Origin: an uncultured candidatus Porisulfidus sp.
GTDB taxonomy: Bacteria; Pseudomonadota; Gammaproteobacteria; Poriferisulfidales; Poriferisulfidaceae
Direction of reading: 5' to 3'
Length of the DNA: 64,000 bases
Assembly (NCBI GenBank): GCA_965116025.1
Contig: OZ220480.1
Span: 193,335 to 257,334, forward strand
Of the stretch, positions 20,876 to 29,975 are shown in pieces (the first letter of the stretch is position 1; each line of letters opens with the position of its first letter). The translations under genes and the position numbers were made by a program. Below the pieces are notes generated by a model. The model worked only from the letters and a program-made list of their open reading frames with translations. It did not search any database and was not told where the DNA came from.

Positions 20876-21786
20876 ATCGGCGGGAGCCTTGTGGCTGGCT
20901 ACTGCTGGACAAGCCGATCGGCCTGAGCTCGGCCCACGCCGTGGCCCGCGTCAAGCGCGCTTTTCAAGCGCGGCGCGCTGGCCACGCGGGCACTCTCGAC
21001 CCACTGGCGAGTGGTCTTTTGGCGATTGCGCTGGGTCCGGCCACGCGCTGGTGCGCCTACCTGCTGGACGCCCCGAAATCTTACCGGTTCACGATCCGCC
21101 TAGGGCAGACCACGGACAGTCACGATGCGGAAAGCCTTGCGCGCACGGTCCCGCCCGAAGTTGACATTCCTTCACTAAATCAAGACGATATCAAGGCTTT
21201 GCTGGCTCGCTTCACCGGGACCATCCAACAGGTTCCGCCGATGTTCTCCGCGCTCCACAGCGGGGGGCGGCGCCTGTACGAGCTGGCCCGCGAGGGCAAG
21301 GAGGTCGCTCGACCCGCCCGCGCCGTGCGGATCGATCATCTACGCTTGGTCCGGGACCGCGGGGAGGAGTGGGATCTGGAAGTCCGCTGCGGCAAGGGCA
21401 CGTATGTGCGCTCGCTCGCCCACGATATTGGCCAAACCTTGGGTTGCGGAGCTTATGTGAGCCGGTTGCGCCGCTCGGGACTCGGCTCCTTCGACGAATC
21501 GCGGGCTGTTAGCCTTGAGTGGATCGAGAGAGACTCGCGCGAGGGTCGCGAGGCGCGCTTGCTACCAGCGGATGCGGCGTTGCCGGAATGGCCGATTCGC
21601 GTCTGCGCGGCGGACGAGGAGCGCGCTTTGCGCGCCGGGAAACAGGTCACGCTTGAAGGGCCTGCGGGGTTCTGGAAACTGGTGGACGCGCGCGGGCGGT
21701 TCTTCGGCGTGGCTGAATCGCGGGACGCGGGGCGGCTTCAGCCGCGCCGCCTGATGACGATGCCAGAAGATTCGGTACAATCGTGA
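20872..21786 (+). CDS. truB: tRNA pseudouridine(55) synthase
   Basis: GWLLLDKPIGLSSAHAV...GHAGTLDPLASGLL catalytic Asp motif. Confidence 0.93.
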   Translation: MNRREPCGWLLLDKPIGLSSAHAVARVKRAFQARRAGHAGTLDPLASGLLAIALGPATRWCAYLLDAPKSYRFTIRLGQTTDSHDAESLARTVPPEVDIPSLNQDDIKALLARFTGTIQQVPPMFSALHSGGRRLYELAREGKEVARPARAVRIDHLRLVRDRGEEWDLEVRCGKGTYVRSLAHDIGQTLGCGAYVSRLRRSGLGSFDESRAVSLEWIERDSREGREARLLPADAALPEWPIRVCAADEERALRAGKQVTLEGPAGFWKLVDARGRFFGVAESRDAGRLQPRRLMTMPEDSVQS

Positions 21787-21805
21787 AACTGGAGGTGTAG
21801 CCGCT

Positions 21806-22729
21806 ATGGACGAAAAAGAATCCGCCTTGGTCGTCGCGGTCCGGGAACTAACCGTCGAGACCCGCCGGGCCCGACGCTGGCGGACCGCGTTTGGGCTGTT
21901 ACCGGTTTTGGTTCTGTTTTTAGTGCTGCTCGCGGTTCTTGGAAACGAGACTTCCCTGCCGAGCCAGAGTCCGCACTCCGCCCGGATCGACGTGTCCGGT
22001 TTGATCGCGCCCCAAGCCCCGGCAGGCTCGGAGTTCGTGAACCAGTCGTTGCGGGCCGCGTTCGAGGAAGATCTGGCGAAAGGGGTGATTCTGTGGATCA
22101 ACAGCCCCGGAGGGTCCCCGGTACAGGCGGATCGCATAGCCGTGGAGATCCAGAAGTTGAAAGCGGAATACCCAAGCAAGAAAATCTACGCGGTGGTCGA
22201 GGATCTGTGCGCCTCCGCCGCGTACTACATTGCCGTCGCGACGGACGAGATCTATGTGAACGAGAGCAGTCTGGTCGGCTCTATCGGGGTGATCGCTAGT
22301 GGGTTCGGCTTGGTAGATCTGATACGGGAGTGGGGCATCGAGCGGCGCGTGATCACGTCCGGGCGCCACAAGGCGATGTTGGACCCGTTTCTACCAATGG
22401 ATCCGGAAGCCGAGGCGCATCTGCAGGCGATAGTGGACGAGGTCCATGGGCAGTTCCGGGATATCGTCAAGGAAGCGCGGGGGGATCGCTTGGTCGCGTC
22501 AGACGAGACGCTGTTCGATGGACGGATCTGGACGGGCGATCAGGCTTGGGAAATGGGGCTGGTGGATGGATTCTCGGATGTCGAGCGAGTCGCGCGCGAG
22601 TTGATCGGTGCCGAGGATGTGGTGGATTACACCTACGAGCCGGATCTTTTGGAGCGCTTCGCGGATCGAGTCGGGACCCGCGTTGGCCAGATCATGGAGG
22701 CCTGGTCGCGCGCGCCCGTCAGATTCTAG
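21806..22729 (+). CDS. sppA: S49-family signal peptide peptidase SppA (36K type)
   Basis: N-terminal TM segment, INSPGGS, CASAAYYIA, GSIGV motifs. Confidence 0.82.
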   Translation: MDEKESALVVAVRELTVETRRARRWRTAFGLLPVLVLFLVLLAVLGNETSLPSQSPHSARIDVSGLIAPQAPAGSEFVNQSLRAAFEEDLAKGVILWINSPGGSPVQADRIAVEIQKLKAEYPSKKIYAVVEDLCASAAYYIAVATDEIYVNESSLVGSIGVIASGFGLVDLIREWGIERRVITSGRHKAMLDPFLPMDPEAEAHLQAIVDEVHGQFRDIVKEARGDRLVASDETLFDGRIWTGDQAWEMGLVDGFSDVERVARELIGAEDVVDYTYEPDLLERFADRVGTRVGQIMEAWSRAPVRF

Positions 22730-23334
22730 TCCGAGCCGGGAATCTCGAGCCCGGCATCCTGAAGCAACTCGATCAGGCGGATCATCGGCAACCCAATCAG
22801 AGCGGTCGGGTCGTCGCCTATGATGTGATCCGTGAGGCTGGCTCCCAGTCCCTCGGATCTGAAACTCGCGGTGCAGTTGTATGGCCTCTCGCTTCGCAGG
22901 TAACGCTTGATTACGTCCTCGCTCAATTCCTTGTAACGTACCGTGTGGCGGGACTCGGAGTAGCGGCATACGCCGGCGCTGGTGTCCAGAAGGCATAGAC
23001 CGGTCAGGAAAGCCACCTCCTGCCCGCTGAGCTGGCGTAGTTGCTCCACGGCCGCGCCATGCGTTCCCGGCTTGCCCAGCAACTTCCCGCTTAGCTCCGC
23101 GCACTGGTCGCTACTGATTATCAGGGAATCCGGGTGTCGGACCCCAACCTCCGCGGCCTTCTCATGGGCGAGCCGTCGCACGTAGTCCGAAACCCTCTCG
23201 CCTAGCCGCGGGGTCTCGTCGATATCGGGCGCGTCCACCGTGAAGTCTAGGCGCAAGCGTTCAAGAAGTTCTCGACGATAAGGAGAGCTGCTACCGAGCA
23301 CGAGAGGACGCGTCGCCGCCATTTCGATCATCAT
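22726..23334 (-). CDS. maf: Maf-like nucleoside triphosphate pyrophosphatase
   Basis: LVLGSSSPYRRELLERL...VIISSDQ...GKP motif set. Start trimmed to the ATG cluster at 23334 (ORF track 23382). Confidence 0.85.
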   Translation of the reverse strand: MMIEMAATRPLVLGSSSPYRRELLERLRLDFTVDAPDIDETPRLGERVSDYVRRLAHEKAAEVGVRHPDSLIISSDQCAELSGKLLGKPGTHGAAVEQLRQLSGQEVAFLTGLCLLDTSAGVCRYSESRHTVRYKELSEDVIKRYLRSERPYNCTASFRSEGLGASLTDHIIGDDPTALIGLPMIRLIELLQDAGLEIPGSD

Positions 23335-25010
23335 GGCGAGAGACCGACAGGATTTTCGTTGGACAGCGGAGCTCGGTTCCATCGCGCGTCTCGCTTCCGG
23401 TCTGGATTCGCGATTACGTGCAAGTAGGAAGTGGCGCGGCTAAACCCGACGTAAGCGAATCGGTCTGGACTCTCTCCAGAAGGTCGGTCGAGCACCACGA
23501 CCACCGCGAGGGATTCCAGTCCCTTAAAACGAGCGATCGTCTCGGTCACGATGCCATCGGCATCATACTGGCAAAAAACAGTGTCGGATACATCCATATC
23601 GAGGAGGCGATTCCGGAGAGACGGCGTTTCGCAAAGCACGACAATATCCTGCCGTTCAAAGTTCTCGGACAATAGGCGGTCAACGACTCGGCGTACGATC
23701 TTTTCTGGTTTCTGGGAAGGCTGGAGGTCCGTCCAGCGGGGTTTCGGACCGGATGCCCCGGAAGCGAGCGTGGTCGCCCCAGTGGTAGCCGCGACTCGCT
23801 CGGCGATCGGTTGCGCGTTTCGGCAGTTCATGGACAAATCGATCATCACGAAACCTTCGGGCGTGTCCCAGTCCCTTTCCCACAGTTTTTGGTCCTCATC
23901 CGCCAAAATCAGGAACGGAGTGTCCGAACCCCTTTCGCAAAGCGTCTGGAGCGCCTCGAGCCAAAGGCTGGAAAAGTCTTGGCCCTCATCAACGATGATC
24001 GCGTCGAATCGCGCGCCCGCCCGCTCCGCCGCGTCAACGAGAATATAAGGCACTTCCTTCTCCCACCATTCCGCTTGAGGCGCGTCGGGAACCTCGACTC
24101 CGGCCTGGCGCGCCGTGGACATGCATAAGGCATGAAACGTGTGCGCCGCAACCCCCTCCAAGGAGGGGTCGTCCCCGAGTTTTTGACCAAGCAGTTTGTT
24201 GTAGCAGGTCAGCAGCACTCGATGACCCGACGCGTGAAGTTGCCTCGCTTTCTCGCAAGCGAGAATCGTTTTTCCTGTGCCAGCCCCACCGAACACGACG
24301 ACTCGCCGATTCCGGCGCATCATGTCAAGAACCCGAATCTGCTCCTCGGTCAAATTCACAAGGCGGACCTTGGCATCGTGCGCCTCATCAGACAGGGTTC
24401 GCCGAACCTGGACGGTAGGCGCCAAGGCGTTAGCGATATCTTGGACTTGACGGAAGGATAAATCCGCGGAAAGCCGCCAATGAAGAACTACATCGCGAAT
24501 GGCGGAAGGCGCGTCCGTCAAATGGCCCGCGTCCAACGCGATCGCTTTCGGGGCATCTGGACCCAACAACGGCAATTCCCGCAAGTCAGGGAACCAAACG
24601 GCATGGCACGTCGGAACGCGACGCTCGAATCGCTCCGCTATGAACCGACCCAGAGCGGCCTTGGACGCTACCGCCTGCTCAAACGGGTTTTTGATGTCGT
24701 GGACTTCCTCGTTTCGGTCCCGGGACTTCCAACGTCCGGCTTCGACGTGGACTCCTCCGCCCTTCACCTCAAGCACGACGATCCCATGCGACCGATGAAT
24801 CAGGACAAAATCCGCTTCTCCGTCGCCGGTCCGTCGCCCGCGCGGGCCCTGCCAAGCGACGGAGTGAAGCACCGTCCAATCATCGGATAGCGTAGACAGC
24901 GCGTCGTAGACCTTCCGTTCCGAATCGGCATCGACTCCGACTGTGGGGCAGGCGAATGTGATGGCCATGACCGTGGCGTTTCCGTTCGACTCCGGCTCAC
25001 CCGAAGTCAA
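23331..25010 (-). CDS. NERD-domain nuclease fused to a UvrD-like SF1 helicase
   Basis: N-terminal NERD signature (GEADFVLIHRSHGIVVLEVKGG), Walker A VVFGGAGTGKT, Walker B IIVDEGQDF, and a C-terminal UvrD_C-like FKGLESLAVVVV. Confidence 0.8.
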   Translation of the reverse strand: MTSGEPESNGNATVMAITFACPTVGVDADSERKVYDALSTLSDDWTVLHSVAWQGPRGRRTGDGEADFVLIHRSHGIVVLEVKGGGVHVEAGRWKSRDRNEEVHDIKNPFEQAVASKAALGRFIAERFERRVPTCHAVWFPDLRELPLLGPDAPKAIALDAGHLTDAPSAIRDVVLHWRLSADLSFRQVQDIANALAPTVQVRRTLSDEAHDAKVRLVNLTEEQIRVLDMMRRNRRVVVFGGAGTGKTILACEKARQLHASGHRVLLTCYNKLLGQKLGDDPSLEGVAAHTFHALCMSTARQAGVEVPDAPQAEWWEKEVPYILVDAAERAGARFDAIIVDEGQDFSSLWLEALQTLCERGSDTPFLILADEDQKLWERDWDTPEGFVMIDLSMNCRNAQPIAERVAATTGATTLASGASGPKPRWTDLQPSQKPEKIVRRVVDRLLSENFERQDIVVLCETPSLRNRLLDMDVSDTVFCQYDADGIVTETIARFKGLESLAVVVVLDRPSGESPDRFAYVGFSRATSYLHVIANPDRKRDARWNRAPLSNENPVGLSP

Positions 25011-25438
25011 TCATGAATTCGATCAAGAGCGCGCGCCAAGGGCCGCGGTCAGATTCCGGAAAACTTGAGGAATCAATAGTTCGCCAAGAGGTCTTGAACG
25101 TCGACTTGAAGTCAAGCAAGCCCGGCGTGCCCGGAAAAAGAAAGATATCGCGTCTTGAGCCATGCTCGAGATGGAAATCCCTCCTTCTTGCGGCATTTCA
25201 CTCGGGGTGGTTTCTTTCGGGATAGGAAAAGGCAAAGTGCCAACATGTTACTCAATAGATCGCTGGCGTTTCTCCGGCTCTACGGCGTTGGCCGCGAAAG
25301 GACCAGATCATGTGAAAGAGGGATCAAAGCTGGGTGGGAAATACAAACGAACGCATAGCCGAGTCTCTAACTCGTGATGCGTGGTCGATTATAAATCACG
25401 CGCGATCATCATGAGCGCGGACGCGCTCGATATCCAAA

Positions 25439-27268
25439 TTGGCCCGAGCACGGGATTCCGTAGCAATCTCATTTCTAATCCCATTGACGCTGCTGGCGGC
25501 GTCGCTGTCGGCGCTGTCGCTGTCGGCGCGGGCGGAGACGATCAACCTGTACGGGTGGCAGAACCACTCGTGGGAGTTCGTGGACATCGACGGCGGGCGC
25601 AGCTTCGACCGCATTCAGTCGAACGCCGGGAACATCGGCTTCTCGGCCAGCGTGGACACCGGCATGAGCGACATAAAGGTGAACCTGCAGTGCGAGCAGT
25701 TCACCTACTACAACCACTTCGCCGGCGGCACCGGCTGGTGCAACCGCAACTCCAAGATCGGGCTGGCGCATCCGATGGCCGGCGAGATCATGTTCGCCAC
25801 CTGGCTGCTGCCGTACAACGAGGGCGTGGCCCAATGGGTGGACCCGTTCTACGACGCCGGGGCCGACTCGCACACCAGCATCATGGGCTCGGTCGGGGCC
25901 AACACCATCTTCTACAACACCGGCGACTTCGACCAGCAGGCGTCGGCGTCCAATCCTGGCACTGGCTTCTCCGGCAACGAGTTCAACTACGCCGGGGGCG
26001 GCTACGACACCGGCTTCAACCGGCGCCAGGAGAACATCATCCAGTACTGGTCGCCGAACTGGAACGGCTTCGTGTTCCGCTTCGCCTGGACGGCCGGCAA
26101 TCGCGACGAGACCCACGCGCTCAAGGACGCCAAAGGTAATTACGCGGCCGGCCCCAAGATCGACCCGGTGATCCGCTCGAGCAGCCTGGCGTACACGAAC
26201 GGCCCGCTGTGGCTGGCGGCGACCTGGCAGGACCACGAGGACTGGACGGCGGTCTCGGTCGGGGAGATGGAGAGCTCGGACGCGGAGAGCTTCCGTCTGG
26301 CCGGGCGCTACATCATGGACCTGGGCGACGGCATGAGCGTTCAATTGTCCGCCATGTGGGAGACCTTGGAGTACGAGTTCCACGGCGTGACCACCATCGA
26401 TAAGGCCATGAAGGCGTTCGGGTATGGGAATTTCATGGATTCTTACGAGTTGAGCGTCACGGATGCGGAGATAATGAAGAAGAAGACCCAAGGGCTGGCG
26501 CTCGATATCTTGACGGATGAGAAGGGCATGCTGATTCCTATGGGGGACACGGCGCGGGGTTTATATGGGGAGCAGGTTAAAACCACTATGAGCCTGTACA
26601 CCGCATACATGGGTGAGATAGACACCGTAACCTCCACCAGCTTGAACTTGGTCGCTGAACGCAGAACTGTGGTCGACTGGAACGACTATTACAAAGAGGC
26701 GCCTGATAATCCTGTTAAAGTCAGCACTACCGCCATGCGAACCGGGTCCCAAAATGTCATGCTTTTCACGACCATGCTGAGCACGACTACGCTGAACGCG
26801 GCCAAAACGGCCGCGGAGGAGGCCAAAAAGAAGGATATGGATGATCGAACGGGCGAGGACAAATCGAAAATCAAGTTCTATGACGACCTGGTCTCGATGG
26901 CGAAATCCCGAGCCCGCGACGAGAAGAGCATGGGCGGGAACGTGAAGATCGAGCGAGACGCCTGGATGGTGTCGGGCAAGATCAAGTTCGGCGGCCCGCT
27001 GGACTTCCGCTTCTCCTACATGGACGCCGACGACCTGGAACTGTCGTGCAACTACTGCATGGGAGACTGGGACGAGACGGCGGCGGACGCCTGGAACGTC
27101 GGGGTGTTCTACACGATGCCGGCGGGGACCGAGCTGCGGCTGACGTATTCGGAAGTCAACAACGACGACAACGGGACCTACGGGCAGGGCATCTCGGGGA
27201 CTGGCTTGGGAGTGGCTGGCGCGGAGATCGAGATGTTCGCGCTGGGGATCGTGCACTGGTTCGACTGA
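25439..27268 (+). CDS. outer-membrane porin paralog P3
   Basis: 609-aa ORF. Start is ambiguous (TTG 25439 or TTG 25484 = MTLLAASLSALSLSARA/ETINLYGW). Signal type S2, patch type B, cassette V1 (26393-26938) nearly identical to the P1 cassette. Confidence 0.85.
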   Translation: MARARDSVAISFLIPLTLLAASLSALSLSARAETINLYGWQNHSWEFVDIDGGRSFDRIQSNAGNIGFSASVDTGMSDIKVNLQCEQFTYYNHFAGGTGWCNRNSKIGLAHPMAGEIMFATWLLPYNEGVAQWVDPFYDAGADSHTSIMGSVGANTIFYNTGDFDQQASASNPGTGFSGNEFNYAGGGYDTGFNRRQENIIQYWSPNWNGFVFRFAWTAGNRDETHALKDAKGNYAAGPKIDPVIRSSSLAYTNGPLWLAATWQDHEDWTAVSVGEMESSDAESFRLAGRYIMDLGDGMSVQLSAMWETLEYEFHGVTTIDKAMKAFGYGNFMDSYELSVTDAEIMKKKTQGLALDILTDEKGMLIPMGDTARGLYGEQVKTTMSLYTAYMGEIDTVTSTSLNLVAERRTVVDWNDYYKEAPDNPVKVSTTAMRTGSQNVMLFTTMLSTTTLNAAKTAAEEAKKKDMDDRTGEDKSKIKFYDDLVSMAKSRARDEKSMGGNVKIERDAWMVSGKIKFGGPLDFRFSYMDADDLELSCNYCMGDWDETAADAWNVGVFYTMPAGTELRLTYSEVNNDDNGTYGQGISGTGLGVAGAEIEMFALGIVHWFD

Positions 27269-27289
27269 CCCTTCGTCATCCACGAAGCG

Positions 27290-27318
27290 AGCGGGCGCCC
27301 TCGGGCGCCCGCTTTCTT
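27290..27318 (+). terminator. intrinsic terminator of P3
   Basis: AGCGGGCGCC-CTCG-GGCGCCCGCT hairpin followed by TTCTT. Confidence 0.8.
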
Positions 27319-27842
27319 GTGGGCTCAGGAATTCCTGACAGGTCCGCCACCAGGCGGGACCAAGACGATGGCCAGCCTCGAGACCGAGACGGACCCGCTT
27401 CGGACTACCCCCCGAATGCTTGGAGTGGCTCCACGGAAGCCGTGAGGGAAACTCCGGTTTCAGGCTTTCATCAAAGACTGTGCACCCGATATTCTTGAGA
27501 AAGGAGTTCCGGGGACCGATGGACTTGTGAAAGCCTTGGTTCACCCACCGCGCGAGCGAGACGCGTCGCGCGAAGTCCACTCGATCAAGGGCGATGGCCC
27601 TCTCGCTCTTTTCCTCCCCGAGGCGCGCGCTGACCCGAACCCTCCGGTTTCCCGCCGCCTCGCCTGGATTCCAGCTATACCGAGAATTCTCGGTCCTCCA
27701 TCACTTTGTCGTGGATTGGGTCATCCCGATCTCGCCCGCCGCGAGCGAATGGCCTTCCGAGCGTGTGGCGGGCGCGGCGAAGCCAGGTCTCGCGCCGCCG
27801 GCGCTGGCCCGACTCCCGATCTGGCCGCGAAACGCCGGATCC
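27319..27842 (+). repeat. inter-porin spacer, copy S2 (diverged centre)
   Basis: Both flanks align with S1/S3/S4. The central ~150 bp is still alignable but strongly diverged and longer. Confidence 0.7.
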
Positions 27843-27872
27843 AAAGAAAGCGGGCGCCCGAAGGCGCCCGCT
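27843..27872 (-). terminator. intrinsic terminator of P4
   Basis: Reverse complement of the family hairpin plus T-tract. Confidence 0.8.
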
Positions 27873-27894
27873 CGCTGTCGTGAATGACGAAGGG

Positions 27895-29802
27895 TCAGTC
27901 GAACCAGTGCACGATCCCCAGCGCGAACATCTCGATCTCCGCCCCCGGCGTCCCCAGGCCAGTCCCCGAGATGCCCTGCCCGTAGGTCCCGTTGTCGTCG
28001 TTGTTGACTTCCGAATACGTCAGCCGCAGCTCGGTCCCCGCCGGCATCGTGTAGAACACCCCGACGTTCCAGGCGTCCGCCGCCGTCTCGTCCCAGTCTC
28101 CCATGCAGTAGTTGCATGACAGCTCCAGGTCGTCGGCGTCCATGTAGGAGAAGCGGAAGTCCAGCGGGCCGCCGAACTTGATCTTGCCCGACACCATCCA
28201 GGCGTCCCGCTCGATCTTCACGCTCGACCCCATGGTCTGCTCCAGCTTGGCGGCAGCATATTTTTCCTTGCCCTCCTCGTATGCCGTCATGGCATCGTCG
28301 TAGGCTTTCTTAGCCTCGTTGTACTTCTCGTCATATGGCCTCATGGCCTCCTCCTTGACCTTCGCCACGTATTCCTTGTACCAGTCAGCGCCTGTTTTGT
28401 CGCCCGAATATTTCGTGGTCGATGTCTTTAAAGTATTCAGTGTCGTGGAGCTCAGTTTGGTGGTAACGAGCGTTCGCAGCGCCTGATCCGTTCCTATAGT
28501 GTTAAGTCTATAGTATTGAACCAGCTTTCTCCGATGTACGAGGCCAGAACCCCATTGCGCTAGCTCTGTGTGGAAGCTGCCTTGGAGAGTACTTAATTCC
28601 TTGGGCACCGCGATATTACTGAGGCTTGATGTCGCGCTCTTGCTATCCACTGGAATGGTCCGCCAGTACCCGCTCTCGTCAAGCAACATCTCCATCGCAA
28701 GCCCTTGGGTCATCTGCGCGTCGATCTCGGCTTGGGTGGCCATCCCTCGTTCAGGCTTCGTCGTGGTCGGCTTCGTCGGCATGTCCATGTCGGCGGGGGC
28801 CATGACCTTCATGTCGTAGTAGGTCTTCTCGAAATGGTTGATGTTGGGATCGGTGCCGCCGTACCCGAACGCCTTCATGGCCTTGTTAATGTCGGTCACG
28901 CCGTGGAACTCGTACTCCAAAGTCTCCCACATGGCCGACAATTGAACGCTCATGCCGTCGCCCAGGTCCATGATGTAGCGCCCGGCCAGACGGAAGCTCT
29001 CCGCGTCCGAGCTCTCCATCTCCCCGACCGAGACCGCCGTCCAGTCCTCGTGGTCCTGCCAGGTCGCCGCCAGCCACAGCGGGCCGTTCGTGTACGCCAG
29101 GCTGCTCGAGCGGATCACCGGGTCGATCTTGGGGCCGGCCGCGTACTTGCCCTCGGCGTTCTTGAGCGCGTGGGTCTCGTCGCGATTGCCGGCCGTCCAG
29201 GCGAAGCGGAACACGAAGCCGTTCCAGTTCGGCGACCAGTACTGGATGATGTTCTCCTGGCGCCGGTTGAAGCCGGTGTCGTAGCCGCCCCCGGCGTAGT
29301 TGAACTCGTTGCCGGAGAAGCCAGTGCCAGGATTGGACGCCGACGCCTGCTGGTCGAAGTCGCCGGTGTTGTAGAAGATGGTGTTGGCCCCGACCGAGCC
29401 CATGATGCTGGTGTGCGAGTCGGCCCCGGCGTCGTAGAACGGGTCCACCCACTGGGCCACGCCCTCGTTGTACGGCAGCAGCCAGGTGGCGAACATGATC
29501 TCGCCGGCCATCGGGTGCGCCAGCCCGATCTTGGAGTTGCGGTTGCACCAGCCGGTGCCGCCGGCGAAGTGGTTGTAGTAGGTGAACTGCTCGCACTGCA
29601 GGTTCACCTTTATGTCGCTCATGCCGGTGTCCACGCTGGCCGAGAAGCCGATGTTCCCGGCGTTCGACTGGATGCGGTCGAAGCTGCGCCCGCCGTCGAT
29701 GTCCACGAACTCCCACGAGTGGTTCTGCCACCCGTACAGGTTGATCGTCTCCGCCCGCGCCGACAGCGACAGCGCCGACAGCGACGCCGCCAGCAGCGTC
29801 AA
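27895..29802 (-). CDS. outer-membrane porin paralog P4
   Basis: Family homology begins at 29817. The first plausible start is TTG 29802 (MTLLAAS...). The track ORF extends to 29973 through non-homologous sequence. Signal S2, patch B, cassette V2' (28223-28893). Confidence 0.82.
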   Translation of the reverse strand: MTLLAASLSALSLSARAETINLYGWQNHSWEFVDIDGGRSFDRIQSNAGNIGFSASVDTGMSDIKVNLQCEQFTYYNHFAGGTGWCNRNSKIGLAHPMAGEIMFATWLLPYNEGVAQWVDPFYDAGADSHTSIMGSVGANTIFYNTGDFDQQASASNPGTGFSGNEFNYAGGGYDTGFNRRQENIIQYWSPNWNGFVFRFAWTAGNRDETHALKNAEGKYAAGPKIDPVIRSSSLAYTNGPLWLAATWQDHEDWTAVSVGEMESSDAESFRLAGRYIMDLGDGMSVQLSAMWETLEYEFHGVTDINKAMKAFGYGGTDPNINHFEKTYYDMKVMAPADMDMPTKPTTTKPERGMATQAEIDAQMTQGLAMEMLLDESGYWRTIPVDSKSATSSLSNIAVPKELSTLQGSFHTELAQWGSGLVHRRKLVQYYRLNTIGTDQALRTLVTTKLSSTTLNTLKTSTTKYSGDKTGADWYKEYVAKVKEEAMRPYDEKYNEAKKAYDDAMTAYEEGKEKYAAAKLEQTMGSSVKIERDAWMVSGKIKFGGPLDFRFSYMDADDLELSCNYCMGDWDETAADAWNVGVFYTMPAGTELRLTYSEVNNDDNGTYGQGISGTGLGTPGAEIEMFALGIVHWFD

Positions 29803-29975
29803 TGGGATTAGAAATGGTATCTCCTCGAAATCCCAATCCCACCGAGAACCATGATGACCATGCGCCCCAAGACTCCGCCCAAGAGACCGTGGAAACCGAA
29901 ATCCACCGATCCCCGGAGCATGGGAAACTGAGACGAAACCATGGCTGATTCTGAAACTTCGGGATGACTCCAACT

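Noticed and set aside
29803-29973. N-terminal extension of the P4 ORF (MESSRSFRISHGF...).
   Set aside because: Family homology starts at 29817. The extension runs through unique DNA into the IS4 target duplication and has no counterpart in the other seven copies.
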